From positions 37,448,001 to 37,512,000 of the forward strand of contig NC_043000.1 in the NCBI RefSeq assembly GCF_006345805.1: a DNA stretch of 64,000 nucleotides, written 5' to 3'. The notes beneath the pieces are model-generated. The model searched no databases, was not told the origin of the DNA, and saw only the letters and a program-made list of their open reading frames with translations. Source of the DNA: Octopus sinensis (taxonomy: Eukaryota). Every line of letters starts with the position of its first letter. Within the stretch, counting starts at the first letter, position 1. The translations under genes and the position numbers were made by a program. This document shows positions 1 through 12,731 of this stretch, one piece after another.

Positions 1-1460
1 CCTATACCATCTTTTGCTGTTGTTATTCCATAGTGCTGACATATCTTCCAGTGTATATAAGTCCCAACTCTGTCATGTCTGTGAACATATTCTTTCTTAG
101 CCAGGAATGGGTAGCCAGAGACAATATAATTTATTGTTTCTTCTCCATCACCACATATTCTACATATTTCTTTTCATTATGTGTTTTTGGTGATTTTTAG
201 TGGGAAGGTTTTCATCTTGTGCTGCAATTAAAAATCCTTCAGTTTCTGCTTTGAGTCCTGAGTTTCTCAGCCACTGTTGAGATTTTGCTTTGTCTATTTC
301 TTTTCTGTTTAGTTTAACCCAGTATTTGCCATGTAGGGGCTTTTCTTGCCAAAATTAGTATTATTTTATGTTTGACTTTTACTTTGCATTTGTACAAGCT
401 GGCTCCAAGTCTCACCCAGAGACCTCAACAGACAACAAGTTAGAAGTGCATGTTGGTGTTATACCTAGGGAGCCATATATTTGGTTTTGTACATAGTGCT
501 GTTCTAGAGAATGTTTAAGAAACCATAAGAAAATTAGTCACACAGTATCCAATATTGTGATGTTGTAAATTGAAGATATTGTGTGTATCAGGGGTTTGTA
601 CTACCAGTCAAGTCACAAAGACCTCAGACAGATAGTAGTTTACACAGTATGCATGCAGTTCCAAGTGAAACTGATTTTTGCAATACATCAAGACTCTAAA
701 GTATCCAAATGTTTTTTCAGGTTGGGTGGTATTGAACCCGATGTTCCAGTGACAACAGAAACAGCATTTATGTTTGACTCTCACAGCTGTCACATCTTGG
801 CAATCTTAATTCTCAGGTTTCCATATTTGTTAACCTTTTCTTTTTTCTTTCATGATAATATGTTGATCTCCTAGCACTTCCACATTGATTATTAGGCACT
901 ATATCCAGCCTTCGGTACTCTAACACCATGTCTGTCAGGAAGGATTTTTGCCTTCCCATTTTCATCCATTACTTTTTGTAGTGTATATTGGTACCTAGCA
1001 CCTGTTACTTCATATCCATAGTAGTGAGTGAGGGTTTGGGGATAAAATTGAAGTGGATCTAATCAAGTCTCTTGTTTCTGATAGATCTTTTGTTGGAATG
1101 TACTTCAAGATTCCATCAACCTTTTGGGTCACGCATTTCACACTGTCACAATTGAAGTATCTCAAATTACTGGCTTGGTCTCTGCTCTTGTAATAATTAT
1201 TTTCTCAAGTTTTATCAGTAGGTCTCTCAGTTCTTCAGTCATATCAGGGTCCTCCACATTATATTGATTCTTTCCCATTCCTCCCCAAAACTCTCTCTCC
1301 TCTACTACATCATCACCTTGCCTATTTATTCACTGATCTTCACCTATATCATCCTCCTTGAGGTTATCACCACTATGGAGGCTTTTTCTGATTTTCTGAA
1401 TTTTGGTTTCATTAAGAAAGCTTCTATTCCAAATCATTCTTATCTGATTAATATTATTAT
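1..1460 (-). mobile_element. Stacked, decayed R4/Dong-like (RLE-encoding) non-LTR retrotransposon fragments
   Basis: Minus strand 365-1 reads WQEKPLHGKY...TEGFLIAAQDENLPT...CRICGDGEETINYIVSG...RHDRVG..IHWKIC (zinc-knuckle region); 1040-600 reads QKVMDENGKAKIL...CLII.V...KEKKEKVNKYGNL (RLE region); frameshifts and stops. Confidence 0.8.
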
Positions 1461-1878
1461 TATTATTTTAACTGTGTATAACTTGTAGTAAAAATGATAA
1501 TATTTTCACTACAAGTTATAGCTTGTAGTGAAAGCATCTATAATCGTGGGAATGAAAGAAGAGGTGTGGTGCAAAGAAAGTTCACTCCCATAACGAATAG
1601 GTTTTACATTACTGGAGCTTTACTAAATGTATAAACTCATTTGTTCATTAATTAAAACAAGTAGAAGAATAAAAGAAACTAAACATAATAAATCAATTGA
1701 TTAAGTTATGCACATTAATGAAGAGATGAATAGAATAAAAAGAATTATAAATGTAAAGAAAGAAACTAACAAATTATAAATGAATTGCTGTATGAATAAA
1801 GATATAATTAAAAAGTCAATTAATAAGTAAATAGAGCATGTATCAATGTGTGTATGGAAATATGTGACGAAAACAAGT

Positions 1879-2050
1879 TCAGACATATACACATGATAGG
1901 AGGAGAGAGGGGAGAAGAGAGAAAGGGGAGGGATAGAAGGGAGAGAGAGAGGAGGAAGAGAGAAATGGGAGGGATAAAGAGTGAGAGAGGAGGAAGAGAG
2001 AAAGGTGAAGGATAGAGGGGAGAGAGAGAGGGGGAGAGAGAGAGAGAGAT
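1879..2050. repeat. Purine-rich (GA) low-complexity tract
   Basis: Degenerate gagagagaggaggaagag repeats. Confidence 0.9.
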
Positions 2051-3248
2051 GCAGAAAAATAAATAGATAGCTGGAAATGTAAATGTTTAGGAAAATTAAT
2101 CACCAGAAATATTTAGAAAAGAAAACATAAATAAACAAAAAAATGAGGATGGCTGAAATTATATATACACCACTCGTATATTCATACCTGTTGTAAAGTT
2201 GAGATAAGTAGACTTCACCAACAACTAGTGGCAGTGGAAATTAAATAAAAGATCTTTAAAATAATTAATATTGATTTCTTACATAGGCACAACACTAGAG
2301 ATTTTGTAGAAAGGGAACTATCAAGTATATTTCAGCCCCTCACCATCAGTACTTGACTGGAGTTTTATTTTATCAACACCAAAAGAATGAAAAACAAAGA
2401 CAACCTTGCCAAGATTAAAAGTTAAAAATAAGGAAGTTAAAATAAATACTGGTATACTTTTTGTCCAACCCAGCCAAACCATCACCATTTTTAAATGTAA
2501 TATCAACCATACATGTAGTAACAGGATGGATGAAAAGATCAATATAATTTGGTTATTTAGAGACAGGATGTCTGCTAGTTAGTTTTAGAGTGAAAAGAAT
2601 ATACATAGCTAAAATGTTAAATCCATTGCAATACTCAAGGCCTCCATATGGTCAGTGCTCCACAAATCTAGATTTTGTAGTGCAATAACAGACTGAAGAC
2701 AAATTGTATTGCACTGGTAAAATGACAATATCCCATCAATAGCTTTTCCTGTAGGAGGAATTTACATGAATTCAATAATTTGGAGCATGACAATGAAATA
2801 TGCTGCTGTCCAGGACTATCATAGCATATAACAGTGGATTACACCAGTCAGTGTAACTTTTTAGATGGAGTGAAATTGATTGGTTAAAAGCAAAATATTC
2901 TGGCTATGAACAAAATATAACACTGGTGATAAGGATACAAGTTGCCAACACGTGATATTTACTCATTCAATCTCCAATAAAGGACCCTGCCTGCAATATC
3001 AGACAGACTTCCCTCTAATGGACTATTTGTATTTTCACAAACCATTTTATCAGACTCTACTTTGATATCAATTGCAAAAACTACCAAATTATTACTGTTT
3101 TCACTAATTCTATTCATTTGGTCTTATACAGAGTCCAACCTATTTTAAAAAGAAAATGAAGTTGAACATGAAATTCAAACCCTTCATCTTCATTATAAAT
3201 GCAAAATTATAAATGTTCCTGGGGCTTACTTTAGTTTTATTTAGTTGA

Positions 3249-3327
3249 AAATGTAAATCTTAACTTTATGAGAAACTGTAAAAACTTAACTTTATGAGAA
3301 AATGTAAAAACTTAATTTTATGAGAAA
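3249..3327. repeat. Minisatellite, 3 copies of a ~26-bp unit
   Basis: unit aaatgtaaaaacttaactttatgaga. Confidence 0.85.
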
Positions 3328-3548
3328 AATAACATATCTCAGAGATGCTTAAATAACTATCCTACATTATATTCTCAACAAAGCTACAGAGTACACTTCC
3401 TCACTTTCTTTTTTACTTGCTGCTGTACACTTATCATGAGTCTCAGAAAGTGAGTAGAAGGGAAACAGGGCCAAAGCTGCATGACAGTATTGTAATGTGG
3501 GAAAACTACTTGCCAATTTACAGGTGAACTGAGATATATATATATGCA

Positions 3549-3768
3549 TTCTTTTATTCTTTTATCCGTTTCAGTCATTTGACTGCGGCCATGCTGGAGT
3601 ACTGCCTTTTAGTCAAACAAATCAAACCCAGTACTTATTCTTTGTAAGCCTAGTATTTATTCTATCAGTCTCTTTTGCCGAACTGCTAAGTTATGGGGAC
3701 ATAAAAACACCAGCATCGGTTGTCAAGCGATGTTGGGGGAACAAACACAGACACACAAACATATACAT

Positions 3769-3821
<53 letters not shown>

Positions 3822-3844
3822 CATATATATATATACATATATAT

Positions 3845-3893
<49 letters not shown>

Positions 3894-4053
3894 AGGCTTC
3901 TTTCAGTTTCCATCTACCAAATCCACTCACAAGGCTTTGGTTGGCTCAAGGCTATAGTAGAAGATATTTGCTCATGGTGCCACGTGGTGGGACTGAATCC
4001 AGAACCATGTGGTTGGTAAAAAAGCTACTTACCATACAGCCACTCCTGCGCCT
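3549..4053 (-). mobile_element. tRNA-derived SINE with internal (TA)n expansion
   Basis: Minus strand head aggcgcaggagtggctgtatggtaag...ggattcagtcccacc (A/B-box-like); 3' tail ...cagcatggccgcagtcaaatgactgaaac. Confidence 0.85.
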
Positions 4054-4377
4054 GTTAGTTTACATTATAGAAAATATCCAGAGACATATTACGCTTCTTG
4101 GAAATGGAGAATTTGATAGCAATTCTTAAAAAATAAAGCTTAATCACACAAATTTAGTAATCTTGGAGCTTATGACATCAATGTTCTTATCTCTTTGATT
4201 AAAATTTTACTGTTTGGTGGATGATGAATTGTAAAATCCCAGGCTTTAAGGATTGGCATTGTTATTCATTTCTCTTGTTGCTATCTATAAACACACACAC
4301 ATGCACGCAGTGCATGCACAGAGGTATTGGCTGTGTGGTTAAGAAGTTCGCTTCCTGATCATGTGATTTTGGGTAGA

Positions 4378-5815
4378 CCTCCAGGTAGTATCAGAGGAAC
4401 TCAAGGCAGGATTCCCCTAGGAGCTCCTCTATGCTGATGACCTTGCTCTAATAGCCGAGTCACTATCAGAACTAGAGAAGTTTCAGTTATAGAAGCAAGG
4501 TCTAGAATCAAAGGGCCTTAGAGTAAATCTAGCTAAAACCAAAGTCTTAGTAAGTAGGAAGGCAGACAAATCACAAATTCCTTCAGGTAGATGGCCCTGC
4601 TTGATCTGTACAAAAGGTGTAGGTAGAAACTCCATAAGCTTTAGACACATAAGAGGGGCAGTAATATCAAAGGAAGGCTAACTGGGAAGATAGTTTTTGT
4701 GTGTGGCAAATGCACAGGGGCAATAAACACTGAAAATGTGCAGAAAACAGCTTCCATCACATGCCAGGGGAAAAAAACTAAAAGCAAATGATAGCTTCTG
4801 TTTCCTAGGTGACCAAGCTGAGAATGTAGCTTCTAGAATAAATAGCCTGAGCAAAGTTCAGAGAGCTCCTACCTCTGCTGGTAACAAAGGACCTCTTGCT
4901 CAGAATGAAAGGTAGACTGTATGACACATATGTGAACAGCCATGCTACACAACAGTGAAACATGGGCTGTGACTGCTGAGGATGCAAGAAATGAGGCTAG
5001 TATGTTCTGAGGAATGTGTAATGTCAGCGCATATACACGATATGGGTGTAACTGCCCTGAGAGAAAAGTTGGACATAAGAAGCATCAGATGTGGTGTGCA
5101 AGAGAGACAACTGCACTGGTATGGTCATGTATTGAGTATGGATGAGGACAGCTGTATGAAAAAGTATCACACCCTAACAGTGGAGGGAACCTGTAGAAGA
5201 GGTAGACCCAGGAAGACTTGGGATGAGGTGGTGAAGCATAACTTTCGAACACTGGGCATCATGGAGGTAATGACAAGTGACTGAGACCTTTGGAGATATG
5301 CTGTGCTTGAGAAGGCTCAGCAAGCCAAGTGAGACCGTAACTGGGGCTTATGCCAGTGTTGCATAACTGGCCCATTTAAGAGTATGCCTCAATCATTGGG
5401 CAATAAACTATGCTTGAGAAGACCTGTTGAGTCATGTGAAATCATTGTCATGGCTGATGCCACTACTGCTTGACTGGCACCCGTGCCTGTGGCATGTAAA
5501 ACGCACCATTCAAACATGGCCAATGCCAGTACCGCCCAACTGGCTCTCGTGCCAGTGGCATGTAAAAAGTATCATTCGAACGTGGTTGATGCCAGTTCTA
5601 CCCGACTGGCCCTCATGCCAGTGGCATGTAAAAAGCACCCACCACACTCTTGGAGTGGCTGGTGCCAGGAAGAGCATTCAGCTGCAGAAATCCTGCAAGA
5701 TCAGACAAGAGCCTGGTGCAGCCTTCTGGCTTGCCAGTCCCCAGTCAAACTGTCCAACCCATGCCTGCATGGAAAGTGGATGCCAAGCAACGACAATGAT
5801 GATATATATATATGT
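4378..5815 (+). mobile_element. 5'-truncated RTE-clade LINE (RT C-terminus + repetitive 3'UTR)
   Basis: ELLYADDLALIAESLSELEK...GLESKGLRVNLAKTKV; ORF 4982-5284 ...RLHWYGHVL...RGRPRKTWDEVV; ends ccaacccatgcctgcatggaa...(gat)n. Confidence 0.9.
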
Positions 5816-6999
5816 AAAATAAAAGTTAAATGATGATGATGATGACATGGAAGGGAGACACCCACACCATCATTCATTTCTGATCTTCCATGAAAGCCTG
5901 TTTGGCTATGAAGAAATATTAACTTATTTGGAAATAAGTAAGGATTGGTAACAGGAAGGGCATCCAACCATAAAAAATTGGCCTCAATTAATTCTATCTA
6001 AACCATGCAAGCATAGAAAAATTTTAATTAAAATAATGATGTTGATGAGGTGTGTGTGTATGTGTGTGTGTGTGTGATGATGGTACACACACTATAAAGC
6101 AATGAATAATGAAAAAAGGGACAACACAGGAGAAACGAAAATTGACAAATAAGGTAGAAGATGTATAACAGCAAGATGAAGTGACTTAACCTTTCAGACA
6201 TAAGCCCTTCATCAGAAGAAAGAAAGAAACAGAGGGAGTGAGGAGAGAGAGTCAGTGAAAAAAAAAGAAGTAAAATCAGGCAAAATGGGAATGAAAATAC
6301 TGTTCTCATGAGAGGGGGTGATTTAAAAAAGGAGGAGTTAAAAGCAGAAGCATAGTTGCAAGAATGAGTATCTGTGGCTGGAAGTAGGTATAAGTAGGTT
6401 TTAGGGTGTGTATGTGTGGGCGGGCATACATCACTGTAGTGTTGCATGTGTATCAAGGTGTGCAAGTGTGACAGTATAGTGACAATGGTTATTGTGGGTA
6501 GAGGGTGTTGGTGAGTGTGTGTAATCTTTAAGTAGGTAGAGTGAAAGTAATCTTTAAGTGGGTGTGTGGTGATGTGAGAGTGAATGTGAGAGTGAGGGAA
6601 TAAACGATATTGATGAAAATTATTTAATTAATAAATTATATCAACAATAATTGGATGGGGAAGCCAAAAATAATTGCTACAAACATTGTCAAGACTTTTA
6701 GTCTCAAACAAGAGAAAACAATTCAAAACCAAGATGCTTATTATTCTGCAGTGGTCACTGAACAAAACATTGTAAATACTTAATGATTTGTACTTTAAAA
6801 TAGGCCATAATTTTCTACACTTATTCACCATTTATCTGTGTGTTTGATATTTTGTGTATATGTTACGTATGTTAGCGTGACTGTATGTATACAATTTGAA
6901 TATGTTGTTTGAATAGGTTTGTCTGTGTGCTCATACTTTGGTGTATGGAAATATCATCACAGCATAAAGGCATACAATGAATTATAATTATATGTAAGA

Positions 7000-7640
7000 T
7001 ACACACACTAAATCTGCAATAAATATTTTAAAATGAATTATTTAGCATGAAGAGGGTAATGCACATAACTTTTGCAGACCCACCTAGACAGAAGAAGGTG
7101 GTTGAAGCTGGATGTCTGGAAGGAAAATGTAGGCAAAGAAAGAATTACAGTGAATTTTATTTTTGGGAAGGATTGAGCTAGGCATTTAGTGAGGAGTTTG
7201 TAGACTGAAACAGTGTAGAGGTAATGAAAGGAGGAGCAGTGGGTGAATCAGATAGTGCACAGCTTACTAGTTCAAAGACGCCATACAATTGTGGCCTAGA
7301 AGAGCAGGAACCATCATAGTAACAATAAAAAACAGGAGAATGCAGAGCTTTAGTGGACTTGTAGCTGTAGCATGTTGGTGAATGAAGGTATTCCAGTCAT
7401 ACAGATATACAAATAGCACTACTTTTTGTAACTGAGTTGATCACCACTCCTATAAGTAAAAGATTCTGAGAGCTTCTTCTAGCACTTAAACATGCTATAG
7501 ATTTCATTTTTGGATTTGGTTTGCAAGATTCTTTATGTAAGTTCATGTGTTGAAGCATATTCTGCTGTGTCTGGGGAGTGCCATTCTCTTTTAGTACCTT
7601 ATAATTTAACACACTCACCAGTAAAATATGCACTTATTTC
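7000..7640 (-). mobile_element. Old CR1/L2-like LINE 3' remnant
   Basis: Minus strand LLFFYCYYDGSCSS resembling the SLFYRYYNGxCS C-terminal motif; heavily degenerate. Confidence 0.45.
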
Positions 7641-9458
7641 TTTTTCATTTTTCTAAAATTTTCATTGCATCTTGCAACCGTTTCAATAGTTTTGAAGTCA
7701 AAACTAAAAGAGAATGACTCTCCCTAGACACAACAGAATATGCTATAGATTAAAAATCCGCTTATCAAGAACTAAAGTTGTTGAGAAAAATTAGGGAACC
7801 ATCATGTTACACAAAAATAACAATTTTTAGTTTTACATAGTCATCTATATAAGAATAAACATCATTAAAAAGGGACATAAGACCCTTATTGCCAAATAGA
7901 AGTAAATCACAGAAATTAAGAAGCAAGAAGTAAACAATGCTGTGTGAGTGAGAAAAATGAAGATATTGGTAATTTAAGTAATGACCATTCAGAATAATGC
8001 TAAAGTAAAGAGAATGAACATACAGCTACTTCAAATCAATAAATTCTCAAACCAAGATCATATAAGTTCTTGTATCTAAGACAGAAACCATTAATTTAGT
8101 CATGTTAAATGCATACACCAGCTACTGTAGTGCAAAAGATGGAAAATTCTGCAATTCCAGACATTTCAAATATTTGTAGGCATACAAATTTAATATCAGT
8201 CTATTCTTAAAACTCAGTTTGTATAAGTGGGAAATCTATCTATTCTTAGCTAGTTTGAATATGGAAAAAAGGGTGATATCTTTACCATAAAGTAGAGGAA
8301 GAACAGAATATCAATGTTGTTTTCAATTTCACCATTCAGTAACAAATGGTTCTATAAATAAGCAAAATTCATTAAATGAAGTAATAATAAAATTTTAAAA
8401 GACTTGAAAAGAAAACTATAAATATAAAGTAAAATTCAAGGGGTACATTTTATTCCTATTTAAAAATATGGAATCTACTTTCTTTTCACCCAATTAACAA
8501 TCAATATTAATTTTCTGTCCCTATTCTTTTCTCAAAGTTGATTAATAGATAATGCTATTTCATGAATGCCCCATTACAGGTTTTTGATTGATCTCCATGG
8601 CAGAAAGGCATACAAACTGATGTTTGATTCTTATTGAAACTTCAGAGCTAGCTCTATTAACAATCAATTCTGAAAATGGTTACTAATCACAGTGTTATAC
8701 TAGAATCTGTCAGGTGAAACATATAATTATCCCCTTACGTAACAAGATTATGCATTAATTATTGGCAGTAATTTCCTTGAACACAAGTTTCCTTGCTGAT
8801 TCTGCACAGCTCTCTGTTAGTTACTGAATAGTTAAATGACCATCACTTTTTAGTTGATGTTAGGACTTTTAAATACCCACTTGGAAAGTGTGTAAGTCAG
8901 GCTTTTTTATGTCAGGGCTACTGTGTGTGTACATGTAAGTGTGAGGATCTTTGTGTCAATGTTGTGGTATGTAAGCATTGTATGAGATCCTTTATGTCCT
9001 TTGTGTCAAAACTGCTTAGTAGTAGTAGTAGTAGTAGTAGTAGTATGGTATATGTGGATGAGTGAGGGAGAGAACAAAACATTGAAGGCAGTGCTCCAGA
9101 ATGACTTGCTTTGATGACAAAAATAAACTCAAGAACTGCAGGACAACTTAGCATGAGTCTTTTCAGTGTAAACTGTCCAAATACTACTTCAATCACAAAG
9201 ACAACAGGTCTGACAGATGGTCAGATAAGAATATTAATGAAATAAGGGTCTATAAAATATGTAACAGGCTTCAAGCTATAACTATAGCTAAGCTGTTCTG
9301 TAGCTCCTGGCTGCACAAAATTGTGAAAGAGTTTTTAATACATGCAGAAGACATTATTTGTTTGAATCTGAATATTTAGATCATCACTACTTAGAGTTTC
9401 TTACCTTTTCACCAAAATATTCATTATTCATATGTCTTGTTTTTATTTTTAATTTCAG

Positions 9459-9641
9459 AAAGCACGATTGGCTCGTATCCGCATGGCTAAAAACGCGAGC
9501 GGCGCAGCCTTTATCACTAGCAAGAAACGAACTGAGGAGGTCGTACTTGCTAGAGAAAGTGGTCTTGAAGTAGATGACTACAAAGAAGACATATTCGAGT
9601 TACAGCATCATCATCTCTTAACCTGTCTAGAAAAAACTACT
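9459..9641 (+). CDS. Shal: Shal/Kv4 voltage-gated K+ channel, internal coding exon (proximal C-terminus), phase 0-0, 61 codons
   Basis: tttcag|AAA...ACT|gtaagt; translates KARLARIRMAKNASGAAFITSKKRTEEVVLARESGLEVDDYKEDIFELQHHHLLTCLEKTT, matching the Kv4-diagnostic KARLARIR and FELQHHHLLxCLEKTT motifs. Confidence 0.97.
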
Positions 9642-9946
9642 GTAAGTACCATCATGTATTTAAATATTGTGCCATTTAATTTCATATTTATTCACACACA
9701 AACACACACACACATACATTGTAGGACATGATTGATTATACAGTTTGAAAATTTATGATGAGCAGTTTCATAATAGAAGGTAACTAGTGAAGCTTGATAG
9801 AGACTATGTAAAAGGGGTAAAATAGCCCTGAATTACTGCAAAACTTAAATGAATATTTGCAGTACAGAAGCAAAGCTGTAGAAGCAAAAATAAGGAAATA
9901 TTTTAATTCATAAAAGATAATCAATTCTGCCTCTACCATGCAACAA

Positions 9947-9991
<45 letters not shown>

Positions 9992-11307
9992 ATATTTTAA
10001 CAAGTACATTTTTTAATGGTCTCCTATGATATCATATCATTTCCAAAGCATACCAATTGTCTTACAGAATCATTTGAATTTTTTTTTTTTTTCAATGTTT
10101 TACTAATGAATATTCCTTAATAGCACACAGGTAGTATGTCAACACTTCAAATAGAAGGATTCACAATTTGGGTGAGAATCTTGTCTAGTGCAAATTCTAT
10201 ATTTTGTTATTTTCAAAAGTGACAGCTGGTACACATTTATTGTTCTGGTAAGAATTCAAGAACATGTTGAACTATTTGTACTATGTTATTTCATACATCA
10301 GTATCTCACTTATTTGTTTTCTCTTTCACCACTATATATTTAATTAGATAAAATGTCTGAAGATGTTAATGCTTAAACGTGGTTAAATGTAATCATAATT
10401 CCAAATAAACAAATATGAAATGAAAAAAAGCAACAGATGTTTAAGATGTAATGGTGTTAACCTACTGGCTGAGTGGTGGCTGGTGCATTATGATTCCCAG
10501 TAAAGACGCTTAAATTTCAGAAGTCAAATCTAATTAACTATATATAAGTACCATGATAAAGTACATTTCCTTCTGTAAACATTAAGGGAAGAGAAAACAG
10601 AAGATCAAAAAATATCACATGGTCTATTCAAGAGTAGATGGACACTTCCAGTAAAATTATAGGCATGTACTTTAAAGAAGAAAATGATCCTTAATAATGC
10701 AATTCTGTAACTATGCTTTCATAATCAGATGCATGGTCATTTTCCATCACTTTAGAAATCATAGGCTTCATATCTACAAATTACATTGATACCTGTGGTA
10801 GATTTTAAACTCTTACCCACGAGCCTATAGTTCAGTTCAGTTAAAAGACATCTCCCAAGAATATGATAGAAACACTAATTTATGACAGTGTTTACAAACA
10901 GGTGAGAATATCTTGAAGTTGTGATTTTAATTCACAATTTCAGAGAAAAGCTAAATATAAGTGTAAATTTTCTTGCTACCACTTCTATTCATCATGCAGA
11001 ATACTTCCTTCAGTTTTTTTTAAATTTTAATTCTCTTTTATTGAGTCTAAAAATCAGAGTGAGCAAATGTAGATTTTACCTTTAATTGCTTAGCCATATG
11101 GTTACTATGCCACAAAATATAAATATGGACTAGGTGACAGAGTCTACATGTATAAACTTATACCTGTACTGAATAGATATATGAACCCATGGGGGATACA
11201 CAAATTTTATAATCATATATCCTTTGATGTGTCTTTAATGTTTAATGCAAAATCATTTTCATTTTGTCTTTTAAACGTGCATATATTATTGTTGTATCAT
11301 GCTGTAG

Positions 11308-11424
11308 GGTTTAAATATGGTGCTGCCAGAAGAGTTTGGGAAACAAATATTAGGTCCAGAAGCTGTATTGGACTGGCAGGTGTACTCTTATCCTGCAGAA
11401 AGCTCGGTTGAGGAAGAAAAAACG
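11308..11424 (+). CDS. Shal: Candidate Shal alternative cassette exon A (39 aa)
   Basis: gctgtag|GGT...ACG|gtgaga, 117 nt, phase 0-0, no stops: GLNMVLPEEFGKQILGPEAVLDWQVYSYPAESSVEEEKT; paralogous to 24214-24333. Confidence 0.75.
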
Positions 11425-11954
11425 GTGAGAGTAAAGTGGCACCCTAGATAATCTCCAGTTTTAGTTATCCAACATAGAGACACAAACTACTGCACAATGA
11501 AGTTTTAATTACATCAACCTATAGAAACTTGCTTTGTCTGAGAGCATAAATGATCATTGGAAAAAAGCCGCATGGAAAAGAAACATGAAATCATACATAC
11601 AGCCCTTTGCTATGCATACGAATTATATATATATTTGTATATATGTATATACACACATATATATATATTACTTGTGTGTGTATGTGTGTATGTATATACA
11701 CACATAAATATGCATGCATACATACATCATAGATTTACATTCACGTATACACACACATGAACTATGTTATCCTCATCATTTCTATGTCTCCTTTTTCCAT
11801 ACTGGCACGGTTTGGAAGAGAGATACTGAGGTTTGATACTATCTTTCCTTTGTTTTTCAAGGCAGATATTTTTTCTTGTACTGGTCTTCAACAACAATGA
11901 AAACTATTGAGCTATGAGACATAAAAATGTCAATGACAATGTATAGACACCTAG

Positions 11955-11996
<42 letters not shown>

Positions 11997-12167
11997 ACAA
12001 ACACACACATAAATACAATACACTTTCATTCATTTTCTATTTATCAAATTTAACTTACAAAGTATTGGTTAGCCTGAAACTATGGTAGAAGATGCTTGCT
12101 CAAGGTGCCATGCATGTGGTTCTGAAGTAAACTTGTTTAGCTATTCGACCATACTTACACTTACATC

Positions 12168-12203
<36 letters not shown>

Positions 12204-12259
12204 TCAGTTGAAATATGCTTGTGGAATGTCTGGACTGATAAACAAGCCAGTCACTGTGT

Positions 12260-12731
12260 TTTGTCATGGAGAAACTTTCTCGCTGTTGACAATGGTGTAA
12301 ATACACGTAGATCAGTTTGCAGTAGCCACTTTCCAGACTGTTAGATGCAACATTTTGGAGTAGTTATCTCCTCTTCAGTCACAGACACTGCACAAAGGGT
12401 GATGCGAACTGATGAAAGAGAGTTATTCTCTGATACTATTTCAGTCATTGTACGATGACTGACAGCACTACATATTACTGCTTATTGCTGCTACTTTGTA
12501 ATTTACTTATGGTGAGCTGCTGTGTAGTGTTATCAGTCAATGTACAATGAATGAAATAGTATAAGAGAATCACTCTCATTAGTGTGCCACACCATCTGCC
12601 CAGTGTCTGTGACTGAAGAGGAGATAACTACTCTGAAATACTGCATCTCACAGTCTGGAAAGGGGATGCTGCAAACTGATCTACATGTATTTACACCATT
12701 GTCAACAGCAAGACATTTTCTCCATAACAAA
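12260..12731. mobile_element. Fold-back MITE-like palindromic element
   Basis: ~220-bp diverged inverted arms (tttgtcatggagaaa... / ...tttctccataacaaa) around a ~30-bp spacer. Confidence 0.8.

Noticed and set aside
3249-3327. Short direct repeats as a CRISPR array
   Set aside because: Eukaryotic DNA, contiguous units without unique spacers
3686-4019. Many ORF-track entries rich in YI/HT/CV dipeptides (also 14315-14660, 36472-36779, 38590-38963, 40714-41019, 51951-52414)
   Set aside because: Translations of (TA)n, (CA)n and (TATG)n microsatellites, not genes
10841-10901. Strong CAG|gtgaga donor at 10901
   Set aside because: No upstream acceptor gives a stop-free phase-0 exon (TAA at 10842-10844)
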